A stretch of DNA of 64,000 nucleotides from positions 6,003-70,002 of the forward strand of contig JAFUQM010000058.1 of assembly GCA_017472325.1 (NCBI GenBank), in the 5' to 3' direction. This document shows positions 9,541 to 20,129 of this stretch, one piece after another. A program made the position numbers and the translations under genes. Source of the DNA: Lachnospiraceae bacterium (GTDB lineage Bacteria > Bacillota > Clostridia > Lachnospirales > Lachnospiraceae). The notes beneath the pieces were generated by a model. The model did not search any database. It saw only the letters and a program-made list of their open reading frames with translations, and was not told where the DNA came from. How positions within the stretch are numbered: the first letter of the stretch is position 1; the number at the start of each line of letters is the position of its first letter.

Positions 9541-12500
9541 ATGAAAATACAAGAGAACAAGATATGTCGTTTTAGTATAATTGTATTGTTATGTATAGGA
9601 ATTAATTATGCAGGGGTAATAGTAAAGGGTGCATTGCAGTTACCAGTGTGGCTTGATACTATTGGAACCTGCCTTGCTGCGTATTATACGAATATATATG
9701 GTGCGATGATATCTATGGTAGTAGTAAATCTTATGGAAGGCATTGCCAATCCGATGGCTTTTCCGTACATTATCATAGGAATTATGTTAGCATGTGCATA
9801 TCGTTTCTGCGCAAAAAGGGGATATATGGATGAGTTTACTCCGGCTATGATTGCAAGCTTTGTCATTGGTGTGCTGACAGTTGTAATGGCAACTCCATTA
9901 GATATTATGTTTTATCAAGGTTATACAGGTAACATATGGGGTGACGCTCTTTATGATATGTTAAAATTCCAGGGTTATCCTGACATTATCTGTACACTGG
10001 CAGATGAGTCGGTTGTAAACATTGTGGATAAACAAATATGTGTGTTTTTGGCATATCAGTTCATTCGTCGCAGCAATAAGAGAACGATAGAAAAAGGGAA
10101 ACAGAGTTCTTTGATAAATCATTTACATATGCTTGTAATTTGTGCTGTGTGTGCGTCTTGCCTGGCACCTGTGATTCCGCAGATTGTATATGCAGATGAA
10201 ACAAAATATATCAATTATTATGATTATGAAAAGATTATTTATAATAATACATCTGGACTGCCTTCTTCCGAGGCAAATGCCATTGCTGAAACAGAGGATG
10301 GCTACATCTGGATTGGTGGTTATGCAGGTTTGACGCGGTACGATGGAACGAGATTTGAGTATATTACAGAGGTAGGAATCTCTAATGTAACGGAAATGGT
10401 GACCGATCAGGAAGGACGTCTCTGGATTGGAACGAATGATCACGGGCTTGTTGTTTATGAAAAGGGGAACTTTTCTTTTTTGACCAAAGAAGATGGTCTG
10501 CCAGCCAATGCAGTCAGAACATTAATGACAACAGCGGATGGAAGTATTTATGTCGGGACGACAGACGAAATTGCCCGCATTGATAGTAATAAGCAGGTAA
10601 CGGTTTTGGATGATCAGTTAAGTGGTATCGTTAGTATGGCAGAAAACAATAGTGGTCTTCTTGTTGCTATTAATGGGAATGGAACATTGTTTATGCTTCA
10701 GAATGATAAGGTGATAGGTACTTTCGCAAGCATGGATAGAGCAGTATCCTATACTAGCGTATATGCGACAGGAGACGATTTTTATATAGGTACAACGGGT
10801 GGTTATTTGCTTTGCGCACAAGTGCAAAAGGCAACCTTACAGATAACCAAAAAGATACCATGTTATCTTCTTTCAGGGGTTATGCGCATCCAACAGGATA
10901 GTAATGATGCTATCTGGCTATGTGGAGATAAAGGAATTGGATATCTGGATGAAACAAATCGTGTAAATATGTTAAAATATTCCGGTTTTGATAGTTCTGT
11001 GGAAAGTATGATGCAGGATTATGAAGGCAATTACTGGTTTGCTTCTTCCAGGTTTGGTGTGCTGAAGTTATGTAAGAATATTTTTGTAAATATTCATGAA
11101 AATAGTGTACTTGAGGGTACGGTAGTGAATGCGGTTACAGAGTTTCAGGGAAAGCTATACTGTGCAACTGATAGTGGATTGCAGATTATTGAGCCTGTTA
11201 CACGTAAGGTAATAAGAAATCAGTTGGCAGATCGTTTGGGTAATGTACGTATTCGTTTTTTGCAAGTAGATTCTATGAATCGTATGTGGATTTGCTGTTA
11301 TGGCGGAGAAGGTCTGGTTTGCTATAGTGCAGATGGTACGATTCAAACATACAATGAGGAAAATAATGGTACAGCCGGTGATAGATTCCGTTGTATGTTA
11401 GAACTCACAGATGGAACTGTTGTTGCCGGCAGCAGTGAAGGAATTACTTTTATTGAAAATGGTAAAGTTACTGGCGTTTTGACAGAACGAGATGGATTGA
11501 CAACAACACAGATATTAAGTCTTGCGGAAGGTCCAGATGGTACTGTTTATGCAGGAAGTGATGGTTCGGGTATTTATGTTATTCGAGATGGAAAGGTGCA
11601 AGAGATATTGACAGAGGAAGAAGGACTTACTTCCTTGATTATTCTTCGTATGACACCATATAACAATGGATACTTTGTTGTTACAAGTAACTCTCTAAGC
11701 TATATGGAGAATAACCAGATTAGAAAAATTGAACAATTTCCATATTTTAATAACTATGATGTATTAATTCATGAAGGAAAAGCATGGATTTTATCCAGTC
11801 GCGGTATTTTTGTTGCAGATCCGGAAAATCTGTTATCTGAGGAAAAAATCAAGTATCAGCTGTTTGATCAAAGCAATGGAATGCGCAATTCTATTACTGC
11901 CAATTCATGGACTTATATTGATGAGGAAGACAAGTTACATTTTTGTACGAATAATGGTGTAGAAACCATTTCCATGACAGATAATTATACATATGACGGA
12001 AACTATAAGATGCAGATTGGGAATTTTATGGCGGATGAAACTGTAATAAAACCAGAGAATGGTGTTTATACAGTTGCATCTGAGGTGGAAAGAATTTCTA
12101 TTACACCATCTATCTGTAACTATACGCTGACGGATTTAAAAGTTTGTGCTTATATTGAGGGGCTAGATTCCAAGCCAGTCATTGTACGCCAGAGCACACT
12201 TGATACATTGACTTATACGAATGTGCCACATGGGACATATACACTGTATTTGCAGATTTATGATAATAGTGAGGAGAAAATCGTTCAGCAATCCACATAT
12301 ACGATTGTAAAAGAAGCAGAATTGTGGGAAACTGTTTATTTTAATATCTATCTTACAGGAGTACTGTTATGGATTGGCGCATTTGTAACATGGGTATTTT
12401 CCAGCTTGCGTCAGATGTTAAAGCGTAGACAGGAACTTGAAACCATGAGTATTGAACTTGAAAAGAGAGTCAATGAACAGACTGCAGAAATCAAAGAGAA

Positions 12501-13152
12501 ATCCAAAAAGATGGAAGCAATGCAGTGGGGCGTAATCGAAAGCATGGCATCTTTGATTGAGAGCAGGGATGGCAATACAGGTGAGCATGTAAGAAATACC
12601 TCTGCTTATGTAAGAATGTTAGCGGAAGAAATGAAGCGTCGGAATCTGTATCCAGAGATTCTGACAAAACAGTTTGTTAAGGTAGCAGCGAAGGTAGCAC
12701 CTTTACATGATGTGGGCAAAATTAAAATATCCGATGTGATATTAAATAAACCGGGACGCTTTACACCGGAAGAATTTGAAATTATGAAAACACATGCGGC
12801 GCTTGGTGGTCAGATTGTAGATGATATTTTAGATAAAGATGCAGATCCATATTTGCTGCAGATGGCAAGGGATATTGCGACATATCACCATGAAAAGTGG
12901 GATGGAAGTGGATATCCGTATGGTAAGAAAGGAACAGAGATTCCACTTGCAGCAAGAATTATGGCAGTCGCAGATGTTTTTGATGCACTAGTATCCAAAC
13001 GTGTATACAAGGACGCAATGGATATAGAAGAGGCATTTGCAGAAATTTCACGCTGTGCAGGTACACATTTTGATGCAGAAATTGCACAGATATTTATTGA
13101 GATGAAGCCAGAACTGACTGAGTATGTGAACCGTAGACGTGCGAAGAAATAA
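9541..13152 (+). CDS. Multidomain membrane sensor: N-terminal polytopic domain, extracytoplasmic beta-propeller/Y_Y_Y sensor, TM helix, coiled coil and HD-GYP phosphodiesterase domain
   Basis: The ATG at 9541 lies 6 nt after AAGGAGG (the track starts at GTG 9538). Propeller repeats such as IWIGGYAGLTRYDG and LWIGTNDHGLVVY are present, with a Y_Y_Y-type segment HGTYTLYLQIYD. The C-terminus carries HDVGKI...HHEKWDGSGYPYG, which is HD-GYP. Confidence 0.85.
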   Translation: MKIQENKICRFSIIVLLCIGINYAGVIVKGALQLPVWLDTIGTCLAAYYTNIYGAMISMVVVNLMEGIANPMAFPYIIIGIMLACAYRFCAKRGYMDEFTPAMIASFVIGVLTVVMATPLDIMFYQGYTGNIWGDALYDMLKFQGYPDIICTLADESVVNIVDKQICVFLAYQFIRRSNKRTIEKGKQSSLINHLHMLVICAVCASCLAPVIPQIVYADETKYINYYDYEKIIYNNTSGLPSSEANAIAETEDGYIWIGGYAGLTRYDGTRFEYITEVGISNVTEMVTDQEGRLWIGTNDHGLVVYEKGNFSFLTKEDGLPANAVRTLMTTADGSIYVGTTDEIARIDSNKQVTVLDDQLSGIVSMAENNSGLLVAINGNGTLFMLQNDKVIGTFASMDRAVSYTSVYATGDDFYIGTTGGYLLCAQVQKATLQITKKIPCYLLSGVMRIQQDSNDAIWLCGDKGIGYLDETNRVNMLKYSGFDSSVESMMQDYEGNYWFASSRFGVLKLCKNIFVNIHENSVLEGTVVNAVTEFQGKLYCATDSGLQIIEPVTRKVIRNQLADRLGNVRIRFLQVDSMNRMWICCYGGEGLVCYSADGTIQTYNEENNGTAGDRFRCMLELTDGTVVAGSSEGITFIENGKVTGVLTERDGLTTTQILSLAEGPDGTVYAGSDGSGIYVIRDGKVQEILTEEEGLTSLIILRMTPYNNGYFVVTSNSLSYMENNQIRKIEQFPYFNNYDVLIHEGKAWILSSRGIFVADPENLLSEEKIKYQLFDQSNGMRNSITANSWTYIDEEDKLHFCTNNGVETISMTDNYTYDGNYKMQIGNFMADETVIKPENGVYTVASEVERISITPSICNYTLTDLKVCAYIEGLDSKPVIVRQSTLDTLTYTNVPHGTYTLYLQIYDNSEEKIVQQSTYTIVKEAELWETVYFNIYLTGVLLWIGAFVTWVFSSLRQMLKRRQELETMSIELEKRVNEQTAEIKEKSKKMEAMQWGVIESMASLIESRDGNTGEHVRNTSAYVRMLAEEMKRRNLYPEILTKQFVKVAAKVAPLHDVGKIKISDVILNKPGRFTPEEFEIMKTHAALGGQIVDDILDKDADPYLLQMARDIATYHHEKWDGSGYPYGKKGTEIPLAARIMAVADVFDALVSKRVYKDAMDIEEAFAEISRCAGTHFDAEIAQIFIEMKPELTEYVNRRRAKK

Positions 13153-13165
13153 TAGGTGAAATGGG

Positions 13166-15859
13166 ATGAAAAAAATAGTCGTTGGTATTCTTGCACATGT
13201 AGATGCAGGAAAAACAACTTTATCAGAAGCAATGTTATATACAAGCGGTAATATCCGTACATTAGGAAGGGTCGATAACAAAGATGCCTTTCTGGATACG
13301 TATACGTTAGAGCGGGAAAGGGGAATTACCATCTTTTCCAAACAGGCGCTTATGACGTGGCAGAATGTGGAATTAACATTGCTAGATACCCCAGGACATG
13401 TGGACTTCTCGGCAGAAATGGAACGAACCTTACAGGTGCTTGATTATGCAATTCTTGTTATTAGTGGTGCAGATGGTGTACAGGGACATACCCAGACATT
13501 GTGGCGTTTATTAAAGCAGTATCACATACCTACCTTTCTTTTTATCAATAAGATGGATCAGGATGGAACAGATAGAGAGGTATTGTTGGAAGAATGCAGA
13601 ATGCGGTTGCAGGATGTCTGTATTGATTTCACAGAAGAAGGAAATAGAGATTTTTATGAAACGGTTGCAATGTGTGATGAGACAGCATTAGAACAGTTTC
13701 TGGAAACAGACAGGGTAGAAGCTGCATATATCAGACAATTGATTGCAGATAGAAAGCTGTTTCCATGCTATTTTGGCTCTGCACTAAAATTGTCAGGGGT
13801 AGAAGCATTTTTGCACGGATTGGAGCAATATACGCTGACAAAGACATATCCAGAGCAGTTTGGGGCTAAAATATTTAAGATTACAAGAGATGAGCAGGGA
13901 AACCGTCTGACACATATGAAAATTACAGGTGGAAGCCTGAAAGTGAAAACAACACCAACAGACGATAAGGAAGAGAAAGTGAATCAGATCCGTCTATATT
14001 CTGGTGGCAAATATGAGATGGTAAACGAGATAAAAGCTGGTAGTATCTGTGCTGTGACCGGTTTGAACAGTACTTGTCCGGGACAAGGATTGGGGATAGA
14101 GAATGCTTCTGCAATGCCAATCCTTGTGCCAGTGTTAACATATCGATTGGAATTGCCGCCTACGTGTGATGTGGCAGTGATGCTTCCGAAGCTGCGTCAA
14201 TTAGAAGAGGAAGAACCACAACTGCACATTGTGTGGAATGAAAATTTGCAGGAAATTCAAATCCAGATGATGGGTGAAGTGCAGATTGATATTGTAAAGC
14301 ATCTAATAGAAGAACGTTTCGGTGTAGAAGTGGCTTTTGGTACGGGCAATATTGTATACAAAGAAACGATATCCAACCGTGTGGAAGGTGTGGGACATTT
14401 TGAGCCACTGCGCCATTATGCGGAAGTCCATCTGTTATTAGAGCCAGGAGAACCTGGAAGTGGATTACAGTTTATGTCCAATTGCAGTGAAGACGATTTA
14501 GATAAAAACTGGCAGAGGCTTATTATGACACATCTGGAGGAAAAAGAGCATAAAGGTGTGTTAACCGGCTCTGCCATTACCGATATGCGTATTACGTTGA
14601 TTGCAGGACGCGCCCACCTAAAGCACACGGAGGGTGGTGATTTTAGACAGGCAACTTACCGTGCGCTTAGACAAGGCTTAAAACAAGCGGAATCGATTTT
14701 ACTGGAACCGGTTTATGAATTTACGCTGGAGGTGCCAGAGAGTGTTGTTGGCAGGGCAATGAGTGATATTGATAAGATGCAGGGTACATTTGTATTGCAG
14801 CAAAGTGAAGTGGGAACGGCAGTGCTGAAGGGAAGTGTACCTGTTATCAGAATGCGGGATTATCAGAAAGAGGTTGCCTCCTATACAAAAGGACATGGAA
14901 GACTATTTTGTACATTTGCAGGATATGCGCCATGTCATAACGCAGAAGAGGTGATAACCCAGATTGGGTATGATTCGGAACGTGATTTGGATAATCCGAC
15001 AGGTTCGGTATTCTGTGCACATGGAGCTGGTTTTGTTGTAGGCTGGGAGCAGGTAAAAGAATATATGCATATACCAAGTCCGTTATCATTGTCAGCGAAT
15101 GTTCAGGAAAAGCAGAACAGCACGAGTGAAGCAGTGCATACTGGAAGTAGAACCGTTTCCGAATGGATTGACGTAGAAGAAATTGATGCGATTCTGGCAA
15201 GAACAGCCTATGCCAATACAAAGGGAAAGACATCAGCTTATAAGAAAACAAATAGACAACGGACAGATCATGCGGCATATAGTGGTACAAGAACTTATAA
15301 TCCAATTCAGAAGGAAGAGGAATACTTGCTTGTGGATGGATATAATATTATATATGCGTGGGATTCGTTAAAAGAATTGACTGAGACGAATATGGAAGGT
15401 GCCAGAGGAAAGCTGTTGGATATGCTTTGTAACTATCAGGCAGTTCGTGGCTGCAAACTCATTGTGGTTTTTGACGCTTATAAAGTCAAAGGTCATGATA
15501 CTACAGTCATGGACTATCACAATATTCATGTTGTTTACACGAAGGAAGCAGAAACAGCAGATCAGTATATTGAAAAATTTGCGCATGAAAATAGTAAAAA
15601 ATATAGAGTTATCGTAGCAACTTCTGATGGACTAGAGCAGGTTATTATCAGAGGACAGGGTGCAATACTGATGTCTGCAAGAGAATTATATCAGGAGATG
15701 ACACGTGCAGGAGATGCGCTTTATCAGGAGTATAAAGATGCTATGCCAAAGGAACGGAATTATGCTTTAGACAGCAAAATTGCAGAACTAGCAGAACATT
15801 TACAGATAGATGATGTGGGCAAGGAAGTAAATGGTGTTAAGAAGGGAGAAGACAGATGA
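13166..15859 (+). CDS. Tet(M)/EF-G-like translational GTPase fused to a C-terminal YacP/Rae1-type NYN ribonuclease domain
   Basis: aa 1-~640 carry G motifs [13 protein letters not shown] and INKMD, plus domain II-V colinearity with Tet(M)-family proteins. aa 717-~845 (nt 15314-~15700) read [12 protein letters not shown]...[10 protein letters not shown]...[12 protein letters not shown]...[25 protein letters not shown]. This aligns closely with B. subtilis YacP/Rae1, including all three acidic motifs. Confidence 0.9.
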   Translation: MKKIVVGILAHVDAGKTTLSEAMLYTSGNIRTLGRVDNKDAFLDTYTLERERGITIFSKQALMTWQNVELTLLDTPGHVDFSAEMERTLQVLDYAILVISGADGVQGHTQTLWRLLKQYHIPTFLFINKMDQDGTDREVLLEECRMRLQDVCIDFTEEGNRDFYETVAMCDETALEQFLETDRVEAAYIRQLIADRKLFPCYFGSALKLSGVEAFLHGLEQYTLTKTYPEQFGAKIFKITRDEQGNRLTHMKITGGSLKVKTTPTDDKEEKVNQIRLYSGGKYEMVNEIKAGSICAVTGLNSTCPGQGLGIENASAMPILVPVLTYRLELPPTCDVAVMLPKLRQLEEEEPQLHIVWNENLQEIQIQMMGEVQIDIVKHLIEERFGVEVAFGTGNIVYKETISNRVEGVGHFEPLRHYAEVHLLLEPGEPGSGLQFMSNCSEDDLDKNWQRLIMTHLEEKEHKGVLTGSAITDMRITLIAGRAHLKHTEGGDFRQATYRALRQGLKQAESILLEPVYEFTLEVPESVVGRAMSDIDKMQGTFVLQQSEVGTAVLKGSVPVIRMRDYQKEVASYTKGHGRLFCTFAGYAPCHNAEEVITQIGYDSERDLDNPTGSVFCAHGAGFVVGWEQVKEYMHIPSPLSLSANVQEKQNSTSEAVHTGSRTVSEWIDVEEIDAILARTAYANTKGKTSAYKKTNRQRTDHAAYSGTRTYNPIQKEEEYLLVDGYNIIYAWDSLKELTETNMEGARGKLLDMLCNYQAVRGCKLIVVFDAYKVKGHDTTVMDYHNIHVVYTKEAETADQYIEKFAHENSKKYRVIVATSDGLEQVIIRGQGAILMSARELYQEMTRAGDALYQEYKDAMPKERNYALDSKIAELAEHLQIDDVGKEVNGVKKGEDR

Positions 15860-16407
15860 GAATTGGAATGGGATATGATGTTCATAAATTGACAGAAGAT
15901 AGAAAATTGATAATTGGTGGTGTAGACATTCCATATGAAAAAGGATTGTTAGGACATTCAGATGCGGATGTGCTATTACATGCGATTATGGATGCACTAC
16001 TTGGAGCAGCGGCATTAGGAGATATTGGGAAACATTTTCCAGATACAGATCCGGCATATAAAGGTGCTTCTAGTATCAAACTATTAGAACATGTTGGAAC
16101 GCTGTTAAATGAAAATGGATTTCTGATTGAAAATATTGATGCAACTATCATTGCGCAGAAACCGAAAATGCGTCCCTATATTGATACAATGCGTCAGAAT
16201 ATTGCAGATACGTTGGGGATTGATATCACACAGGTGAATGTAAAAGCAACAACAGAAGAAGGACTTGGATTTACAGGAAGCGGAGAAGGTATCTCTTCTC
16301 AGGCAATCTGCCTTTTAACGAGTCCGTTTAATTATTATGATGTGGATGTGACCAGTCAAAACGCAGCAGGTAAGTGTGAAGGTTGCAGTGGATGTAAGAG
16401 ACAGTGA
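15856..16407 (+). CDS. ispF: 2-C-methyl-D-erythritol 2,4-cyclodiphosphate synthase with a short Cys-rich C-terminal tail
   Basis: Motifs [20 protein letters not shown] and [10 protein letters not shown]. The ATG overlaps the upstream stop (ATGA at 15856-15859). The tail contains CEGCSGC. Confidence 0.9.
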   Translation: MRIGMGYDVHKLTEDRKLIIGGVDIPYEKGLLGHSDADVLLHAIMDALLGAAALGDIGKHFPDTDPAYKGASSIKLLEHVGTLLNENGFLIENIDATIIAQKPKMRPYIDTMRQNIADTLGIDITQVNVKATTEEGLGFTGSGEGISSQAICLLTSPFNYYDVDVTSQNAAGKCEGCSGCKRQ

Positions 16408-16460
16408 CCCGACAGTGCTGTAATTTGGTTGAAAAATGCATACTGGAAGAGATTTCACTA

Positions 16461-16489
16461 TTGACAAAATCTTGGATTTTGCATATGCT
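16461..16489 (+). promoter_or_regulatory. Candidate sigma-A promoter for the cysE-cysS leader
   Basis: TTGACA (16461-16466), a 17-nt spacer and TATGCT (16484-16489). Confidence 0.5.
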
Positions 16490-16495
16490 GAATTA

Positions 16496-16760
16496 TAGAA
16501 ATCATAAAAAGGCGTTGAAGAAAAAGAGTACGTAATAGGAACATGTCAGAGAGGAAGTGCCACCGGCTGAAAGCATTTCTAATGGAAATATTACCGAAGT
16601 GCATTTCTGAGCTGATTCGGGGAACACAGAGATTTGTCAGTATCCGAATACGATTCGCACACGTTACGTGCTATGAGAGAAGGACTTATATAGTTGTCCT
16701 TTACTAGAGTGGAACCGCGGATAATTTCGTCTCTAATAGAGATGAAATTGTCCGCTTTTG
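16496..16760 (+). promoter_or_regulatory. T-box leader (probable Cys specifier UGC) with a terminator/antiterminator
   Basis: Stem I elements are present: GTTGAAGA...AGAGTA (K-turn), AGAGAG and GGCTGAAAG distal motifs. A candidate specifier reads GAAG-TGC-A. The T-box core is AGAGTGGAACCGCGG (about 16706-16720). The terminator GCGGATAATTTCGTCTCT/AGAGATGAAATTGTCCGC plus TTTTG spans 16717-16760. Confidence 0.8.
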
Positions 16761-16814
16761 TATTTGTGCAAAAATTGCAACGTGTGTATCACACTGCTTT
16801 GTATGGAGGTAACT

Positions 16815-17495
16815 ATGGGATGGATTCGTAATATCAAAGAAGAAATTCGGGTCATCAAGGAACGGGACCCTGCTATTCATTCTACAATGGAAGTATTCCT
16901 GTATCCCAGCTTTAAGGTGATGATGCATTACCGGATTGCCCACAAACTATATACGAAGAAACAATTTTTTCTGGCAAGATGGATATCGCAGCGTGCAGTT
17001 AGAAAGACGGGCATTGAGATTCATCCAGGGGCGCAGATTGGCAAGGGATTTTTCATTGACCACGGAAATGGTGTTATTATTGGTGAGACAACGATAATCG
17101 GTGATAATGTAACACTTTATCAGGGGGTCACGCTTGGTGGTACAGGAAAAGAGCATGGTAAGCGACATCCGACCATTGGCAACAATGTAATGATTAGTGC
17201 GGGTGCAAAGATTTTGGGTTCATTTACCATAGGTGATAACTCAAAAATTGGTGCTGGAAGTGTCGTACTACATGAAGTACCGCCACATTCTACTGTAGTT
17301 GGTGTGCCGGGGCGTGTTGTAAAACGTATGGATCCAAGCAACCCGTCTGAGAAGTTAGATCATGGACATTTGCCCGATCCTGTCAAGGAAGATATTGCAA
17401 ATTTGCAGCATGCAGATAGTGAGTTGACAAACCGCATGATAGAAATGGAAAAAGAAATTAGAGAACTGAAACGACAGTTAAAAATGAAAGCATAG
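16815..17495 (+). CDS. cysE: Serine O-acetyltransferase
   Basis: Start moved to the ATG at 16815, behind GGAGG. Hexapeptide repeats are present ([31 protein letters not shown]...), with a C-terminal coiled-coil tail. Confidence 0.88.
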   Translation: MGWIRNIKEEIRVIKERDPAIHSTMEVFLYPSFKVMMHYRIAHKLYTKKQFFLARWISQRAVRKTGIEIHPGAQIGKGFFIDHGNGVIIGETTIIGDNVTLYQGVTLGGTGKEHGKRHPTIGNNVMISAGAKILGSFTIGDNSKIGAGSVVLHEVPPHSTVVGVPGRVVKRMDPSNPSEKLDHGHLPDPVKEDIANLQHADSELTNRMIEMEKEIRELKRQLKMKA

Positions 17496-17549
17496 TATTA
17501 TTATAAGAAATAGCAGTTAGCATTCATTAGCAACAACAGGAGGAAAAAG

Positions 17550-18959
17550 ATGAAGATTTATAATACGCTTACAAAGAAAAAAGAAGAATTTGTACCAATT
17601 GAACCAGGAAAAGTACGTATGTATGTGTGTGGACCTACCGTATACAATTTGATTCATATTGGGAATGCAAGACCGATGATTGTATTTGATACAGTACGCC
17701 GATACATGGAGCATAAAGGTTTGGAAGTAAACTACGTATCCAATTTTACGGATGTAGATGATAAAATTATTAAAAAAGCAATTGAAGAAGGTGTGGATGC
17801 ATCCGTTATCTCAGAAAGATATATTGCAGAATGCAAAAAAGACATGGAAGCTATGAATGTAAAGCCTGCAACAACACATCCACTTGCAACGCAGGAAATC
17901 TGCGGTATGCTGGAGATGATTGGCACATTAATTGAGAAAGGGCATGCTTATGTGGCTGCAGATGGCACAGTTTATTTCCGCACAAGAAGTTTTAAAGAAT
18001 ATGGTAAGCTATCTCATAAAAATCTTGATGATTTACAAGGAGGGAATCGTTCACTGCTTGTATCTGGTGAGGATCAAAAAGAAGATCCACTTGATTTTGT
18101 ACTTTGGAAGCCGAAAAAAGATGGTGAGCCTTACTGGGCATCAGACTGGTGTGATGGAAGACCAGGTTGGCACATTGAATGTTCTGTTATGAGCAAAAAA
18201 TATCTCGGTGATGAAATTGATATTCATGCAGGTGGAGAAGATCTTGTGTTCCCACATCATGAAAATGAAATTGCACAGTCGGAAGCAGCCAATGGCAAAA
18301 CATTTGCAAAATACTGGATGCACAATGCATTTTTAAATATTGATAATAAGAAAATGAGTAAATCTGCAGGTAACTTCTTTACAGTCAGAGACATTGCAGA
18401 AAAATATGATTTACAGGTACTCCGCTTCTTCATGCTCTCAGCGCACTACAGAAGTCCGTTAAACTTTAGTGCAGACTTAATGGAAGCAGCGAAAAACGGA
18501 CTGGAAAGAATCGTGACAGCAGTAGATAACTTAAACTATCTATTCGCTAATGCACAGACAGAAGCAATGACAGAGGAAGAGGAAAAACAATTAGAAGAAG
18601 CAAAGGCATACATTGCAAAATTTGATGAAGCTATGGATGATGACTTCAATACAGCAGATGCGATTTCGGTTATTTTTGAACTTGTCAAATTTGCCAATAC
18701 AAATGCGGATGCCTCTAAATCCAAAGCATTTATCCAGAGCTTAATTGATGAAATTAAACAATTATCCGATATCTGTGGATTGATTGTAGAAAAAGAAGCT
18801 GAAATGTTAGATGCGGATATTGAAGCGTTAATTGAGGAAAGACAGGCAGCAAGAAAAGCTAAAAACTTTGCAAGAGCGGATGAAATCAGAGACGAACTGT
18901 TAAACAAAGGTATCATTTTGGAAGATACGCGTGAAGGTGTAAAATGGAAAAGAGCTTAA
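17550..18959 (+). CDS. cysS: Cysteine--tRNA ligase
   Basis: HIGN (HIGH-type) and KMSKS motifs, with Zn-binding Cys residues (YVCGPT, HIECS). Confidence 0.95.
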   Translation: MKIYNTLTKKKEEFVPIEPGKVRMYVCGPTVYNLIHIGNARPMIVFDTVRRYMEHKGLEVNYVSNFTDVDDKIIKKAIEEGVDASVISERYIAECKKDMEAMNVKPATTHPLATQEICGMLEMIGTLIEKGHAYVAADGTVYFRTRSFKEYGKLSHKNLDDLQGGNRSLLVSGEDQKEDPLDFVLWKPKKDGEPYWASDWCDGRPGWHIECSVMSKKYLGDEIDIHAGGEDLVFPHHENEIAQSEAANGKTFAKYWMHNAFLNIDNKKMSKSAGNFFTVRDIAEKYDLQVLRFFMLSAHYRSPLNFSADLMEAAKNGLERIVTAVDNLNYLFANAQTEAMTEEEEKQLEEAKAYIAKFDEAMDDDFNTADAISVIFELVKFANTNADASKSKAFIQSLIDEIKQLSDICGLIVEKEAEMLDADIEALIEERQAARKAKNFARADEIRDELLNKGIILEDTREGVKWKRA

Positions 18960-19384
18960 CCCTGTTAGAGCATATCAAAGAGCAGTTTCAGTGTGAAGAG
19001 GTGGATGTGCATACGTATTCCCCTCTGACACTGGCATATATTGGAGATTGTATTTTTGATCTTGTCATTCGCAGTGTGATAGTACTTCGAGGAAATCGTG
19101 GTGTTAACGGTTTACATAAATCCGCAACTCATATTGTAAAGGCTGAGACACAGGCGAAGATGATTGAAGCATTGCAGTCAGACTTAACAGAAGAAGAAAT
19201 GGCTGTATATAAGCGTGGCAGAAATGCCAAATCTCATTCTAGTGCAAAAAATGCTTCTCTTGGCGCGTATCGTAAGGCAACAGGGTATGAGGCATTGATT
19301 GGCTATTTGTATCTGACAAATCAGATGGAGCGTGCAGTGGCATTAATCAAGCTAGGATTGGAACGAGTAGAAATGGAGATATAA
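18944..19384 (+). CDS. mrnC: Mini-ribonuclease III
   Basis: LAYIGDCIFDLVIR RNase III-like signature in a ~146 aa protein. It overlaps the end of cysS, as in the Bacillus yazC position. Confidence 0.85.
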   Translation: MEKSLTLLEHIKEQFQCEEVDVHTYSPLTLAYIGDCIFDLVIRSVIVLRGNRGVNGLHKSATHIVKAETQAKMIEALQSDLTEEEMAVYKRGRNAKSHSSAKNASLGAYRKATGYEALIGYLYLTNQMERAVALIKLGLERVEMEI

Positions 19385-19385
19385 T

Positions 19386-20129
19386 ATGCGTTACGAAGAA
19401 TTGACGATTGAAGGCAGAAATGCGGTAATAGAGGCTTACCGTTCTGGTAAGCCAATAGATAAAATTTTTATTCAGGATGGTTGTCAGGATGGACCAATTA
19501 TGACAATCAAGAGAGAAGCGAAAAAGCATGATACGCTTGTAAAATATGTAAGCAGAGACCGTCTGGATCAAATGTCAGAAACGGGAAAGCATCAAGGCGT
19601 GATTGCGTATGCGGCTGCTTATGAATATGCAGACGTGGATGATATTTTAAAACTGGCAGAAGAAAAAGGGGAACCTCCATTTGTTTTTCTGCTTGATAAT
19701 ATTGAAGACCCACACAATCTTGGTGCGATTATTCGTACAGCCAATCTGGCAGGAGCACATGGTGTTATCATTCCTAAAAATCGTGCGGTAGGACTTACCG
19801 CAACAGTTGCAAGAACATCTGCAGGTGCACTTAATTATACACCAGTAGCAAAGGTCACAAACCTTGCAAAGACAATTGAAGAATTAAAAGAAAAAGGACT
19901 TTGGTTTGTGTGTGCTGACATGGATGGTACACAGATGTACAAGCTTGACTTAAAGGGACCGATAGGACTTGTCATTGGGAATGAGGGTGAAGGTGTTGGA
20001 CGTCTTGTAAAAGAAAAATGCGATTTTGTCGCATCTATTCCGATGAAAGGGGATATAGATTCCCTGAATGCGTCTGTGGCAGCAGGCGTACTTGCATATG
20101 AAATTGTAAGACAGAGAATTCAAGGATAA
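19386..20129 (+). CDS. rlmB: 23S rRNA 2'-O-ribose G2251 methyltransferase (SpoU/TrmH family)
   Basis: SpoU motifs LDNIEDPHNLGAIIRTA, GNEGEGV and SLNASVAAGV, with an N-terminal substrate-binding domain. The position matches Bacillus yacO. Confidence 0.85.
   Translation: MRYEELTIEGRNAVIEAYRSGKPIDKIFIQDGCQDGPIMTIKREAKKHDTLVKYVSRDRLDQMSETGKHQGVIAYAAAYEYADVDDILKLAEEKGEPPFVFLLDNIEDPHNLGAIIRTANLAGAHGVIIPKNRAVGLTATVARTSAGALNYTPVAKVTNLAKTIEELKEKGLWFVCADMDGTQMYKLDLKGPIGLVIGNEGEGVGRLVKEKCDFVASIPMKGDIDSLNASVAAGVLAYEIVRQRIQG

Noticed and set aside
13166-15085. The Tet(M)/Tet(O)-like GTPase portion could be read as a tetracycline-resistance ribosomal protection gene.
   Set aside because: Similarity to Tet(M) is limited to family-level motifs and domain order. 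By eye it is clearly far below the high identity shared by true RPP resistance genes. The gene sits in a housekeeping operon and carries an extra NYN domain. No mobile-element context is present. I treat it as a Tet(M)-like paralogue of unknown function, not as a resistance determinant.
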